Shown piece after piece: positions 36,732 to 50,779 of a stretch of DNA of 64,000 bases (the stretch's first letter is position 1; every line of letters begins with the position of its first letter). A program made the position numbers and the translations under genes. The notes beneath the pieces were generated by a model that was not told the DNA's origin, did not search any database, and saw nothing but the letters and a program-made list of their open reading frames with translations. The DNA is taken from NCBI GenBank assembly GCA_028534125.1, contig CM052818.1, positions 4,032,001 through 4,096,000 of the forward strand, written 5' to 3'. The DNA comes from Lama glama (taxonomy: Eukaryota).

Positions 36732-37365
36732 TCCAGCAATCCCACTCCTGGGCATATATCTGGGGAAAACTCCAATTTGAAAAGATACATGCACCCCAAT
36801 GTTCATGGCAGTCTTATTTACGGTAACCAAGACATGGAAACAACCCAAATGTCCATCGACAGATGACTGGATAAAGAAGATGTGGTGTATATATATAGTG
36901 GAATACTACTCAGCCATAAAAATGAAAGAAATAATGCCATCTGTAGCAACATGGATGGACCTAGAGATTATTATATGAAGTAAGTCTGGTAGAGAAAGAC
37001 ATACATATGCTGCTATCACTTATATGTGGAATCTAAAAAAAAAAAGACACAAATGAACTTATTTAAAAAACAGAAACAGACCCACAGACATACATAGAAA
37101 ACAAACTTATGGTTACCAAAGAGGAAACAGTGCAGGGAAGGATAAATTGGGAGTTTGGGATAAACAGATAGAAACTACTATGTACAAAATAGATAAACAG
37201 AAAATTCCTTCTGTATAACCCAGGGAACTTTATTTGATGTCTTGTAATAACCTATAATGAAAAAGAATATGAAAAAGAATATATGTGTATAACTGAATCA
37301 GTATGCTGTATACCAGAAACTAACACAACATTGTAAATCAACTATACTTCAATGAAAAAAAAATT
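36732..37365 (+). mobile_element. 5'-truncated L1 3' end
   Basis: Colinear with L1 2245-2852; A tail. Confidence 0.92.
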
Positions 37366-37774
37366 TAAAAATACATTTTTAAACAGGTTGAGACCATTAT
37401 TAAACATCTTGAAAATAAAGTTGATCCCAACACCCTCACCAAGCTATGATTATTCTCGCATAACCTCTCCTGGTATTTTCCCATGGGAATTTATCTATTA
37501 ACATAATTTTCATAAATAAATGTGGTGCCCTAGTTTTTTAATAATTATATATTTCAATTAATCATTCAAAAACATTAAAAAAAGTGGGGGGAAGTGGAGG
37601 ATATACCAATCTAGGATAAACAGTAAGTTTTTTTAACTGTATGCATAAAATTGCAATGAATGTCTTTGTGTGAAAACATTTTTATTCTTTTGTAATATTT
37701 CTATAAGACCAGCTCTCAGAAGTAGATTGAAATCAAAATATTTGAGACATATTCTAATTCATAACACACACTGC

Positions 37775-37929
37775 GAAATATACACAGAATGGTATGATAA
37801 CTCACAGAGAAAAAAAATGTGACAATGAGTGTGTATATGTCCATGAATGACTGAAAAATTGTGCTGAACACTGGAATTTGACACAACATTGTAAAATGAT
37901 TATAAATCAATAAAAAATGTTAAAAAAAT
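37775..37929 (+). mobile_element. Short L1 3' end of a distinct, probably younger camelid subfamily
   Basis: 'gactgaaaaattgtgctgaacactggaatttgacacaacattgtaaaatgattataaatcaataaaaaa'; TSD acacactgc at 37766-37774 and 37930-37938. Confidence 0.8.
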
Positions 37930-38531
37930 ACACACTGCCAAACTGCTTTTGAAATATTACATCAATTTGTAAATCCACCCATAATGAATGGGTATACAAA
38001 TTTTATGGCAATAAATATTATATTATTCTTTTAAAAAGCTTTTAATGGTGTAAGTATGACGTCATATCTTATCGTTGTTTTAATATTATTTCCTCGATTA
38101 TGGATGAGATGGTTGAATATTTTTCCATAAGATTTCTTTCTTCTCTTCTCTCTTTCTCTCTCTTTTACTAGTTCCTTGCTATTTGTAATTCCAGGATGAG
38201 CCTCAGTTTCCTCTTCTGTAAAATGGGGATAGCAGCTGTATTACCTTATCGGATTGTTGGAAGGGTTAATTAGTCAGAGCAGTGTTGGGTAGTGGTCACA
38301 GACTTGGCTTGGATGTCATCAAACTATCTGGCTTTGAATGCCAGCTCTGATATTTGGAAGCTGATGGCGGGGTGGCAAGGTCTCATTGTGAGGAGCAGGA
38401 GGGACTGGACAGATTGCTGCAGCATCTTTGGAAAATACCATCTGTCACATTAATCATTTTCTTCCTTAAGAAAAGTCTCTAATTACACAAATAATGCATC
38501 CTATTAAAACATGAATGTTAAGGCTAATTGC

Positions 38532-38665
38532 TTTTTTTAAACTGAAGTACAGTTGATTCACAATGTTGTGTTAGTTTCTAGTGTAGAGAATACCGATTCA
38601 GTTATGCATTTATATATTCTTTTTCATTATAGGTTATTACAAGCTGTTGAACATAGTTCCCTGTG
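38532..38665 (-). mobile_element. L1 3' end, antisense
   Basis: 'tgaagtacagttgattcacaatgttgtgttagtttc'. Confidence 0.85.
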
Positions 38666-38849
38666 GCTAAAGTCCCTTTTGACCAGCACCACAATCCTAA
38701 TATCCTCTCCAAAGGTAACCACCACACTCTATTTGGTGAACATCTGACAAAGCTTTTTGCATGTTCATACTTACACGCACAGACACACATGCGCACAGAC
38801 ATCCACAGAAATTCTAGTGTTTCTATGTTTCACGTCACTAGTGCCGTAC

Positions 38850-39830
38850 TGTATGTATCTCATTTTAGCATGGTTTTCATTCAACACGTCTGGAGACTTC
38901 ACTGTCGTGCGCTGAGATCTGCTTTATCCTTTTCCAGTTGTGCGCACTGTAGATATAACATAGTTTATTGACTAATTCCCCTACTTACCAGCAGGAAATG
39001 AATGTCCTTTTCTTACAGTTATAGACAATGTCTTTAATTGTTGCCAAATTGGTGAAAATGACATGATCGTTGTTTTACTTTGCATTTCTCGAATTATTGA
39101 GTGAATATTTACATCTTTTCCTAAGTTTATTGACCATTTGCCTTTCTTTTGTGACTTGCTAATTTTTATACTTTGCTCCTTTTCAATTGAGTTGTTTAAA
39201 AATTCATTTATAGGAGCTCCTTTATGTATGATTCATTTGTTGCAAAATTCTTCCCTCAGAGTTTCACTTATCTTTTTAACTTTGTGCTCTTTTACTGAAC
39301 AAAATTTTTAAAATTCTGACGCAATCAGTTTTATGAATCACTTAGGCTATGACTTTGTTTTGTGGGCTTTTAAATGTCTGTTTAGAAGGCTTTCTTACTC
39401 CCCAGTATTTCATTTAATACTATATAATTGCATTTTGTAAGTTTAGGTCTACAGTTCACTAAGGATTGAGTTTTATGAATGTGGACAGTCCGTTGTTCCA
39501 ACCCCATTTATCGAATTCTTTTCCCATTGATTTGAAATAGTATCTTTACTGTATGCTAAATTCCTGTATCTGCAGAGCTGTTTCTGGATTTTCCATTGCG
39601 TTACACTGATCCATCCGCTTACTCCTGGGACAATATCACAGGTTGTGTAACTATAGCTTTTCAACACATCCCCCCCCTCTTCATTCTTATTTTTCAAATT
39701 GTCCCGAGTATTCTTCCCTATTCAGAATTCCCTGGGAATTTAGAATCAACTTATCAAGAGCTTTTGATTGGCAATGCATTGAATTCATTAACTGATTTGG
39801 AAAGCCGTCACAAATACTTTCCTGTTCCTA
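38850..39830 (-). mobile_element. Old L1 (L1ME-like), antisense
   Basis: 'ttttactttgcatttctc' and 'ttttgattggcaatgcattgaatt'. Confidence 0.6.
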
Positions 39831-41702
39831 AATACGTCAGGTTTTTCTTTTTGCTTATTGTTCCTTGACTGTAGCATGTAACTCACAAAGAAGCCACAAG
39901 GTGGCGGTAGGAGCAAAGAGGGTGAAAGAGGCTCATCCTGAGCGACCCAGTAAGAGGTTAGGAGATGAGTGCGGCGGAGAGTGAGCTTGCAATTATCTAG
40001 GGATAACGCCTTAAACTTATTTCTCTTGGTTAACAGACATTCACTTACATTATTTCCCTTGGAATGGGTGAAGAAGGTGACCTTTCCCCATTTTATAGAT
40101 GAAAAATGAAGCCCAAAGAGGTTGAGTGACTTCTCTAAGACATGCAGCCAGTGTGGGAGGATGCAGGGCCCCCATCATCCCATGTTCAGAATCTTGGCAC
40201 CACTTCTGTGTGTCTCCATCTCCATTCGTAGGTCCCTAAAGCTGTGCATTTTTCCTTGTTGATGTGTCTCACACCTACCTTTTCTCTCCTCCCAACAGTC
40301 TTGGCTTCCTTTCACTCCTGATGGTATCCCTGACCCCCGGTTTCCCCTCCAGTTCATCCCCTTCACCAAGGTAACAGTTTTTCCCAGTTAGAGATGGGGA
40401 AACTGGGACAAACAAGGTTACTGTTTCAAGGATGGGGTGTCTGGGGTTGAACGGGGAGTTGGTGGAGCTTCTGAAGCAGGCAGGACCTTCCGGGAACATT
40501 TGGGTGGGTTGATGCCCAAGGTCCCGAGGGCATGAGGGGCTGAGACATGGTTTAAGTAATCATCGCTCTCTGATTACCTGGTAGGGCTTCAGGAGGGAAG
40601 ATGCAGCGGGAGGCAGGTGCGAGGCTATTCAAAGTTAGGCAGGCATGGACTTTACGGTTTTCCCAGAGATAAGTTCATACCCTGGGGTGGGGTGGGTAGG
40701 ACCACAATCACGCTGAACCATAACCTGGGTTTTAGAACCAATTGTGCTCCAGGCCATGCTCATTCCGGCTTTCTTGGGCCAGTGGCTTCGTGGCTCAGGA
40801 GCTGTGCTGCTTTGACTCTGTTTCCTGGTTCTGACGACTGAGCCCTTGTCACGTTCCTCACAGTGGGGGCTTTATTTTACATCCAGGCCCAATAATGGTC
40901 TTGTACTTGACCAGCTGCCTTGGCTCTGAGCTGAGCTCCCTGGTTCTCCCCACTCCGAAGTCCTACCTCATGGCCTGAGCGCCTGGTCCTAGCTCAGCCT
41001 CCAAGGTACCCCTGACCCTGGATGTCCACCTCCCAGGCATTCCATCTCTTTTCTGCCCCCAGACTCCTTGCCATCTGACTCTGCTCACAGGCTGGGGCAC
41101 CTCCCACTGTGACCACTTATACCCTTACTGGGACTTCCTGCTGCTGGACACCTGCCCTGACCCACCAGGCTCTCCTGCCTGCCTCCCAAAAGCCCTGCAC
41201 CTGCTGTGGCCCCGCCCAGAGCATCTCCCTTGGTTCCTACTGTGTCACCCACAAGGAACCTCTTAAAGTGCCTCCAAGGACCAGGGACCTGAGGGAATGG
41301 GACAAGCATCGGGCAGCCCCTCATCCCCTGTCACCGAGAGGTGGCTGGAAAAGAGCACCTTCCCAGGGACCTGTTTTCCACTAAGACTCACTGAGTCACT
41401 GTGGAGATGGGACCCTGGGCCACGCCTCTCAGCACCTGCTGGTTCCACTTCCTATAGCTTTAAGAAGAGAAATTAGAAATCTCAGTTTTGCCTTATAAGG
41501 CAAATTGGGGCAATTCTATGGGGAGGCAGGTCTGTGACTCAGGGAGGCCTGAGAGAAGGTTTCTGTGCGATTGTAACTCAGATGTTTATACACACACAGC
41601 ACCCTGGCTTCGCTGGGAGGCCTGGAAAAGAGGACAGGCTTCCTTCCCCACCACACAAGCACAGACCAGCCTTCTAGCTCCTCTTTGTCTTTTTAAAAAG
41701 TG

Positions 41703-42095
41703 TTTTTAATTGAAGTATAGTTGATTTGCAATGTTGTGTTAATTTCTGGTGTACAGCATAGTGATGCAGTCACACACACACACACACACACATGTATATT
41801 CTTTTTCAGTATAGGTTGTTATAAAGTATTGAATATAGTTCCCTGTGCTCTACAGTAGGCCCTTGTTGTTTATCTATTCTGTATATAGTAGTTTGTATCT
41901 GCCCATCCCAACCTCCCAATGTATCCCTCCCTGCCCCTTCTCCCCTTTGGTAAGCACGAATTTATTTACTATGTCTGAGCCTCCCTGTGTTTTGCAAACA
42001 AATTCATTTGTGTCATTTTTTTTAAGATTCCTCATATAAGTGATATCATGGGATATTTGTCTTTCTCTGTCTGACTTACTTCACTTAGTAGGATA
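41703..42095 (-). mobile_element. L1 3'UTR, antisense, with internal (CA)n
   Basis: Reverse complement of the L1 3'UTR seen at 2480-2850. Confidence 0.9.
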
Positions 42096-43289
42096 ATTTG
42101 TCTTTGTCTTTGGTGAATTCCTTCCCTCTGAACTCACAGAGCCTGGGTTCCTTCCTGCAGGTTTGGGCATGGGCGGGTGGTTGTTGCCATCATGTAGGAA
42201 GCAGGTCTACGTGAACTGTGCCTCGAAAAGGAAACAGCCAGTGGGAGGACCCAGCAAGGGGCAGGGGCAGGAAAAAGCCAGAAACCTTAGCCCATGTGGG
42301 GAACAGAATCAGAAACTGAGTTAGATTTTTACAAAAGATTTCACCAGACAACAAACATTTCTTAGGCAAGCATTGTTAAATCCACAACCTTAAGAAAAAA
42401 CCCACTTTATTTGAAAGGTCTTAAATGCAAAAGCATCTTCGCTCCATTCTTCTCAAACGCCATCCTGCACCCCAAGTGGATGCTAGGAGAACCTTAAGTA
42501 AGTGGAAGAAGAAGATGAGGAGAATTGAGAAGACCTTTTCCCTCTCTTTTGGATGCCAATTTACCCTGTGGCCTGGAACAGAAGGTGCTGGATAATTTGT
42601 TGAGTGAACTGGGGAGTGGTCTGGTCCCTGGAGAAGGACAAGGAGGTTTGGAGCTATGAGGGCAGGTTGCGGAAGACCAAACCCAGGTGTGGTGACTGGG
42701 TCCAGTCACCTCCCTGCACACACCACTGCCCGTTCAAACCACTGCATGGGGCCTAGTACACCTTCTCCTGTGGTCCTACTCAAAGGTCAAGGACCATCTC
42801 AGGCACCCTGGACAACATCTGCAAGCCTTGCCCATCGTTAAGCCTCCGAGATGCCTTCACATCATGTCTCGTTTCCAACTTAGCCACCCAGCATTCAACC
42901 GCAGCCTGTTACTGTCCTCATCAAGGGAAGGTCCATTGCATCTTTTGGACCAAGCCCCGACTACAATGCCTCCTCGTTAGTGGGCTGTCCCTCTGCCTCT
43001 TTCTTCCACCCCCAGGATTCCCAAGGTACCTGATATCCCACCTTTGTTGTTAGTGGGAGTCCTGGTTTTGGAAACGCTGTTCAAGGCCCTTTACAATGAC
43101 CTGTCTACCCCCAGTGACCTGCAAACTAATTGCCCAGTAGAGCAGTTCATAAAGAATCAAGTCTACTTTCCACCAGCCATTTACCAGGGACCATAGAAGT
43201 TGTCCACCTTCCTTATCAGAGCAGAATTTGTTTGTGCCAACTCACTGCACTTGCCCGGCCAGATCTCCCCTTTTCTCAGTGGAAGGAGG

Positions 43290-43600
43290 TATAGGAGACT
43301 GTACTAGGGTTCCAAATATCGGGTGCCCCTCCCTGACATGGAGGAAAGCATTTTATCTCCCTGCCTCATTGACATCAGACTGGCCAATGCGACTTGGTTT
43401 GGCCAATGAATGTGAAGGGCTGTGTCACTTCTGGGCAAAGGTTTTAGAGCCAACATTTGTAGCACCACATTCCCTTTTCTTCTGCCACCAGCAACAATGA
43501 CGTTGCCAGTAGAGGCTCCTCAAGTCCCAGAGTGAAGACCACAAGGGGTGGGTTTGTAGCTGTTCTATAATAGACATGTACTGTTAGCTGTTGGGAGCCA
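43290..43600 (+). mobile_element. MLT1-type MaLR LTR fragment
   Basis: 'gacttggtttggccaatgaatgtga...tgtgtcacttctgggc'. Confidence 0.55.
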
Positions 43601-44275
43601 TTCCCTTAGAAAATCCATTTGAATCACTTGCCTTCCTCTGAAGAACTAACCCTGGAAGACTGGGGGGCAACGGGAGTGATGGTAGAAACAGAACATTCCC
43701 TGGCATCCTTGACCCCAGGCTTCTCAAGCTAGCGGGTCAGCCTGCTCCATCACGGCTTTCAATAGAGGATTAAATATGTGTTTCACATTGAAAAATGAGA
43801 ATCAGAGAGGTTATGTGGCTTGTTGGTGCCACACAGCTGTTGTTTCTGTGCCTCCTTTCAAACTAAATAATCATGGTAGTGACAGTCCATCGACTGTTTC
43901 CTGCGGGTCCAACCCCATCCTAACCTCTTGCTGTATATCGTTTTATTTAATTTTCACACTAGCTAAGAGAGGTGAGTCATCATTATTATTAATTTAAAGA
44001 CGATGAAACTGAGACTCAGATCATTTTTGTTAACTTGCCCCAAATCTGACTCCAAAATTAATTCTACTACCCATTCTGTACTGTTGTCTAATAAAAATTA
44101 GTATCGTAAAACTCAGAAGTGGAGCCTGAGAGCTACTCCATATTTTGCGTCAGGGAATTCAGATTCTACACGTCCAAAAAGAGACTTGGAGAATGTTAGA
44201 ATGCTAGAATTTAAGAGCTGGGGGCATATCAAATGCCTGGTGTTTCTGGGCACCCTCCACCACTGCCCTTCCTGA

Positions 44276-44320
44276 GCACACGCACACATACTCACACACA
44301 CACACACACACACACACACA
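44276..44320. repeat. (CA)n microsatellite
   Basis: Direct inspection. Confidence 0.9.
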
Positions 44321-44513
44321 AGCTCACACAGAGCAGATTTTTCTGTGTTAACTGCTGTATAGAAAAAGGTTCCCAGGAGGCCAGCTCCAGCTCCACCCTG
44401 TTCCCACGCCGATCAGTACACCCAGGCCAAGAGATCTATTCCAATTTATTTACTGCATTGAGACAAAAACCAAGCGCCAAAACTAGTTAGTTTGCATTGG
44501 GATTTTAAAAATA

Positions 44514-44730
44514 TTTTATTGAAATATAGTTGATTTGCAATGTTGTGCTAATTTCTGGTGTACGGCATAGTGATTTAGTTTTATGTATATGTTCCTTTTC
44601 ATATTCTTTTTCATGATAGGCCATTACAAGGTGTAATATAATTCCCTGTGCTATACAGTAGGACCTTGTTTACTTTTTTATATATAGTAGTTGGTATCTG
44701 CAAATCCTGAGCTCCCAATTTACCCCTCTC
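44514..44730 (-). mobile_element. L1 3' end, antisense
   Basis: 'ttattgaaatatagttgatttgcaatgttgtg...cctgtgctatacagtaggacc'. Confidence 0.88.
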
Positions 44731-44949
44731 TGGAGCATTTAATTTTAAAAATTAAAGTGTGCTTGTCGACTGAATGTCACTTCTCATGCCTTGCTGGAAT
44801 GCTCACCACTTAGGGGCTTCTACTGTTCAAGGTAACACTAGAGATCTGTCTAGTAAATTAACACCCCATGTGGATGGTCTCATCTGGTGGGAGCCAGGTG
44901 TTCACAGGCTAATGTAAATAAGGAAGAATGGGCAGAGGGGAACACGTCC

Positions 44950-45700
44950 ATCACCCAAGTGATGCGGTATCCTTCTCGCTGCATCCCATCAGGCGGTGCT
45001 TGGTTTTTTGGTTCTGCTACTAAGGACACTCACTTTGATCCCTTGGTTAGAGTGGCTTCTGCCAAGTGTTTTCCCCATAGTCAGTTACTCCTTTTCCCTT
45101 TATGCTTAATGAGACTTTTGTTGAGAGATGCTTGGAGACCATGTGACTATTCAATTTCTCATTGAGCATCCAATTTATTCCTTCATTTATGTATATCTGT
45201 GGATGCCTGGTTTCCTATTTTATTCAATGGGTTGCAATCCATTACTATCATTGGTCATTTGATGCTCAAATTGTCCTCCATTTGCACAGAAGGAGGGCTT
45301 CACACTGGCTTCTGTGTCCTTTAGAACGCCCCCATCACACCTTATTGTCTTCTGAGCACAACAGGTGTTCCAGGTTCATCTTGGAATTTCCCTGCCCCAG
45401 TCCTGGAATCAGCCATTTCCACAGGGAGCGCTGGTCCCTTTTACTGGTGAGTGGTGCTCAGAGTCAGGATCTGGGCTCTCGCCTTGCTCATCGCCCTTAC
45501 AGCATCTCTGCCCTCAGGTCTTCTCAGGGGCCAGAGCTGGCGAGGATGTGTATGTACATACGTATTTAGAAATAGCTAAAGATGATCATATCTTATACCT
45601 ATTGATACTGATAAGGTATCGATTTATCATTCATATCAATCATATATCATTTACATCTGTTTCTATTTAAAATCATAGCTCACATCAAGACGTCTAATTT
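44950..45700 (-). mobile_element. Old L1MC-type 3' region
   Basis: 'gttccaggttcatcttggaatttccctgccccagtcctggaatcagccatttc'. Confidence 0.65.
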
Positions 45701-46559
45701 ATTTATTTACTTTTGGTGTTTACTTAATTAATTGATTTATTTTTATTGCGATGTAGTTGATTTACAATACTGTGTTAATTCTGGTGCACAGCAAAGTGAT
45801 TCGGTTATAGACATATCTATTTCTATATTCCTTTTCACATGTTTAGTTATTTGATCAGTCATCCTGCAGTGACCCATTCCTCCAGAGCCAACAGCGCCCC
45901 GTCCCCATGTGGAAGCCCAGCTCACCATACTCGGGTTCTGCCGACAGCGCCGACCGTTACCCTCTCTCCATCATGTGGACTCCCTCCTCACCCCACTTGG
46001 ACCCTGACCCCCTGCTCTGGACCGCTATGGTTCCTATTCTCCATCTTTTTGACATGGACACCCACCTAATGAATTTGGGAAGAAAATATTAGGAAGGGAA
46101 GGAAAAAAAGATCAGAAAGAGCACATTTATTTACTTACTTTGCAAGATAAAGGAGAGATGAGAGCTTCCACCCTAGCACTGGATTATTTGACTGTTCATG
46201 GTGAGTATCTGAACTGGTTTAGACTTGAAGAGAATAAATCTAGGAATGATATACTGAAAGTTTTACACCGAAAGGTGTTCCTGAGTAGATAATCTTTGTT
46301 TAAAGACAGCCTGAACGAGCTGCGGTGACCCAACCCAGAAATGACAGGAGCAGCTGGTGAATGAAGCCCCTGTGAACATCTCTCTTTATGATTTGTCCTA
46401 GAGACTCCTGGGGGGGGGGGGCGGGGGCGGGGTGTGCTGAGCCGGGAGCCAGCTGTGGGTTCTGATCTCGACTGCACAACCCATTCAAACAGGCCTTGTG
46501 ACAGATGTTAGCCCGCTGAGTGCCCGTCTTTTTGGGAACTCTGCACATCCATCACGTTG

Positions 46560-47090
46560 TCCTCGCACCCTCCTGGAGGGCAAAGACCGGGCCTCACTCG
46601 TCACCGCCACTGCGCCCAGCCCGGGTCTGGCAACCGTAGGCAGTGGGCTGGCCTCTGTGGGTGAGTGGGAGCACGCCTGGCGGCCCCCGGCTGGCCGGTC
46701 TCCCCCTCCCGGAGCATCCTCCGGTGGCGCAGCCCAGAGCGCCCTCCCCGCCCGCCTCGCGCGCAGTCACGCTCGTTGGGGCCGCCGGTGCGCGGCGGGG
46801 GCTGCCGCCCACCCCACCCCTCGTAAAAGCCCCGATGCCCCGATAAGCGGAGGAAGTGGCTGCCGCAGGAATTTGATCTGTGATAACCCGTGCCGTCACT
46901 CCGGGTGCACTGTGTGGTGTGCAGCCGCCGGTCCCAGGAGGCGGCCGCAGCCTCTAAAAGAATGTGCGTCCAGTATTTGGTGCTGAAAGGCTGGAAGGGG
47001 AAGCAGAGCCTGGGACGTGTCGGGGCGGATGATTCCCGTGATGCGACGGGAGGGATCTCCACGTGGGCAGCAAGCGGGGTTTGAGGTCGT
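46560..47090. promoter_or_regulatory. Orphan CpG island
   Basis: Very GC- and CpG-rich stretch in an otherwise CpG-depleted region; no coding exon recognised. Confidence 0.75.
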
Positions 47091-48799
47091 GGGGAAGAAT
47101 TTAGAGGGTTAGATGGTCTTGCTTCCCTGGGCATATTTTTTTTTAATAACACATGTAAAATCTTTTTACCATTTCATATCTGTTTCCTTTTCTCTTTCAA
47201 CCAGGCCTCCACTGAAACCGAGCTTTAAATAAGCTTAAAGTTAGCAGGCCCTCTTGTGCTCCATCACGAACTCTATAAAGAGAACCATCCCTTTGGAGAT
47301 GAAAAAATAGTCTATCACCTTAGTCTGTAAGACAGCAGGTGAAGGTTTGGTTGTGTAGCAGTGGGGGGTGGGGTGCAGAAGCAAATTTTCACAAGTGAAG
47401 AGCCAGGTTGTTGACTCCCATTCTTGGGGGAGAAAGGAAAACACTGCTCTGCTCCAGATTACGCTGACACACATCCATCCATTCATCCAGGATCAGCTGT
47501 TAGTGGAAAGAGCCCTGGGTTCAGTGACCCACCATCTGGGTGTCCACCCTAGCGTTGCCACCTAGGGTTTCTGTCCAGAGAAAGGACAACTCGCCCCTGA
47601 GCCTTAGCTTTCTCCATCTGGACAATAAATATCCTAGTATGGATTGTGTAGCTCTGAGATGAAAATTCTCTGTAAAATCCAAAGGGCTACAAACACGCAG
47701 AGTCTCTGGTGCTGATGACTTCTTTTAAAACACAGGCATTCCCTGGAGGAGTAATCTATTGCCGCTTATGTCTCAGTGTTCATTGCATTGGCAGATGGCA
47801 TGCTCTCAATTCCTAACTATAATTGGCTGTGAGTAAAAGAGAATTTTGTTTCAGATCAAGCTGTTGCTCTCACACCATGAGTTGACGGGAGAAGGGGTTT
47901 TAGAGCTGGGCATTGCTGGGAAGGTATTGTAGAGAGGGGATTGGCTGCGGATGCCGACGTGAAATGGTGGCAATGTTCTGGATTCCCAGGGAGTTGGGTT
48001 CCCATCTTGGTTCCGTTAGAGACTAAGTAACCTGGGAAAAGTCATCAAGCATCTTCAGGCCTAAGATTTCACATCTACTATATAATGATGTAGGGTTTCA
48101 AGAGGTGATCTTCCAGGCTCTAACGTTATTGGATTCCATGGTTTAGGTTGTGAAAGCAAAACACACCTTAGAGAATGATCTACTCTCTGGTATACGATAT
48201 GCTATTACCTTGAATTATTTTCCTAAAAAGAATTAGGAATATTGCCTGTAAAGTGGTAATTCAGACCTGAATTAAGGACAGATAATTGCTGTTATCTGTA
48301 GATTCTCCAGCACAAAGCACAGTGTGGGCACAGAGACATATTCATACAATGTAAGCCTGCATTTTCATGCAAGGAAAAAGTTAATTTTTCTGCTTGTACC
48401 ACTGACAGTGTTATGAGCTCTTCTAGTCTTTTATCAAAAATGCTCCCTGTTCATTTTTTGTTTTTAGGTACAAAGAAGTATTTACGTAGTTTAAAAAAAA
48501 AAGAAACCATCTGAATATTTAATAATAAGAGACTGGATAAGGAAGTGTGGGTGTTTGAAAATAAATGGAGTGTTATGTAACCATTTAATAAAGATTATAT
48601 AAATGTGCATGAAAATAAGAAGATATTCAGGTTACATTGTTAAGTTTAAAAAAGGTGAGTTACTACCAAGCTCCCACAGCATGGAAAAATATTTAGAAGA
48701 TTTTCATGCCAAAGTTCTTACAGAGTTTATGTATCTTCATGATAAGATTAAAGATCTGTAAACTAATTTTTTTCCTTTTTTCTTTTTTTACTTGTTCTT

Positions 48800-49040
48800 T
48801 CAAAAAGCTTAAATGAGACATAATTTACATGCCATATAACTCACCCATTTAAAGTGTATCACTTAATGTTTTTTAGTATATTCACAGAATTGTGCAACCA
48901 CATGACCGCAGCCAATTTTAGAACTTTTTCGACACCACAAAAAGGAACCTCGCACCTCTTAGCCATCGCCCTTGAGTCCCACCCACCCACCATCCATCCC
49001 CTTGTAACCACTAATCTACTTTTTTGTCTCTGTAGATTTA
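48800..49040 (-). mobile_element. L1MB-type 3' end, antisense
   Basis: 'cacccatttaaagtgta...tagtatattcacagaattgtgcaacca...accactaatctact'. Confidence 0.8.
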
Positions 49041-49968
49041 CCAAAACCCTCTGGATTTATATTTTAAATTTACATTTATATGTCTTAAATTGATTTTTCA
49101 GTAGAACTTACCTGAGAGGCATCCAATGATCATGCATCAAAACAACCATCACTTAATTGCTTCCTCTGGACCAAAGCTAGGGCCCAAAGCTGCATCTACA
49201 ATTGTGGGTGGTATTTAGTTCTGGTGGTATTGAGTAGGTTAGTGTGTGGGTGGAGGTGTGAAGATCCCAAACTGTCTTTGAATTCTCATGGTGCTCTCAT
49301 CCCTGGCTGAAAAGAAAGAAGAAGAAGGAGGAGGAGGAGGAGGAAGAAAGAGAGAGAGAGAGCGTGAGAGAGAGTGAGACTTCCTGTAACTTTCTGTAAC
49401 TTTTAGCTCCTTTTATTCCTGATCTGGGATCTCTTTTCATTTTTTGGAGAGGGGCAGAGATATTACTGAAACTCTCACCCTTAATACCCCTTTTCATGCT
49501 CTGGTTTTGCAAAGCCTTGTTTTTCATCAAGAATCACTGGTTGGAAGTTGTTTTTATATGAAAGATCTAGTTCAAAAATTCAACCAGGTCAACTCAAACC
49601 ATACACATTTGCTATTCAAGTTTTTGAAATGATGTGTCAGCTTGATCTTAGGTATCAGAAATGGAATTTTATGACTAAGGAATGTAAGGTGATTTTTAAA
49701 ACATAGTTTCCTACTTCTTAAAGTTCAGATATTTTGTATGTATGGATTACTCACTCTAATATTTACTAATCATCTCCTATGTGGAAAGCCCTGAGTTAAT
49801 GCTCAACTATACAAAGAAGTGTAATCTGAATGAAATAAATTTAAAATTTATCAGCCTGAAGTCAGTCTTTGGATACCATAATCTTTCCCTTATTTATACT
49901 ATTAAGGAGATCAGTGTCCTTAACTCTGATGGTAGCCAACATAAGCCCTTCTAGAAAACACGACATAC

Positions 49969-50048
49969 GAGAAGTTGAATCATATGAAGTCGCCAATGTT
50001 GCCATTTAGACATACAAAAATGGCAATTGCAAATGGCCTAATCTAATA
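49969..50048. mobile_element. MADE2-like mariner-derived MITE
   Basis: About 80 bp with degenerate TIRs 'gttgaatcatatgaagtcgcc' and 'ggcaattgcaaatggcctaatctaata'. Confidence 0.6.
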
Positions 50049-50079
50049 GAAAAAGAAAACTCGCTTAGTTTTAGTGAAT

Positions 50080-50410
50080 GCTTCCATTTACCAGTAGTGG
50101 GCTTAAAATATTTTATAGGTTTTAACTCCTTTAGTCTTACAACAATTCTGTAAGGTAAGTAGTATTTTCATCTCCATTTTATTTCTTTTTTTATTGAACT
50201 ATAGTTGATTTATAATATTCCATTAATTTTAGGTGATTCAATAGTTTTGTAGATTATACTCCACTTAAAGTTATTATAAAATATTGACTATATTCCCTAT
50301 GCTATGCAATATATCCTTGTGACATATTTATTTTAGACACAGTAATTTATAAATGAGAAAACAGAATCTCAGAAAGATTCAGTAATCAACTCAAGTTTAT
50401 ATGGTCAATA
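50080..50410 (-). mobile_element. MIR interrupted by an antisense L1 3' end (about 50185-50345)
   Basis: The MIR core 'ctccattttat|...|aaatgagaaaacagaatctcagaaag' is split by 'ttattgaactatagttgatttataat...'. Confidence 0.7.
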
Positions 50411-50779
50411 AGTGGTCTTATTGTATGATACACAGAAAGGTCTATGTACCACAAAAAGACTATGTTCTTAAATATTGTATTATGGAAAACATTAAAGGAA
50501 TTGTAGAAAAAGTAATGGCCACGGAGAAGTTCTTATCCAAGTGTTTAGCATATAGTGGGTTCTTAATAAAATTAGAGGGCAGAGAAGGGAATGATTCATG
50601 CTAATAAAAATGCCAAAGCATGAAATTCTTTTCATGTCTTTCGTTTATATTCCAAAGGGTACAGAACAACGTCCCCTCATATTGTGGCATCTATCCTTGA
50701 GCCCAGTCTCCATCTGATTTTGTTTCTAGAGGCTTTGGGAAAGTGAAGGCGCCACTCAATTCCCCCTGAATCAGTAATC

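Noticed and set aside
46498..47152. 162-aa and 183-aa ORFs
   Set aside because: Low-complexity Arg/Pro/Ala/Gly ORFs are expected by chance in a CpG island.
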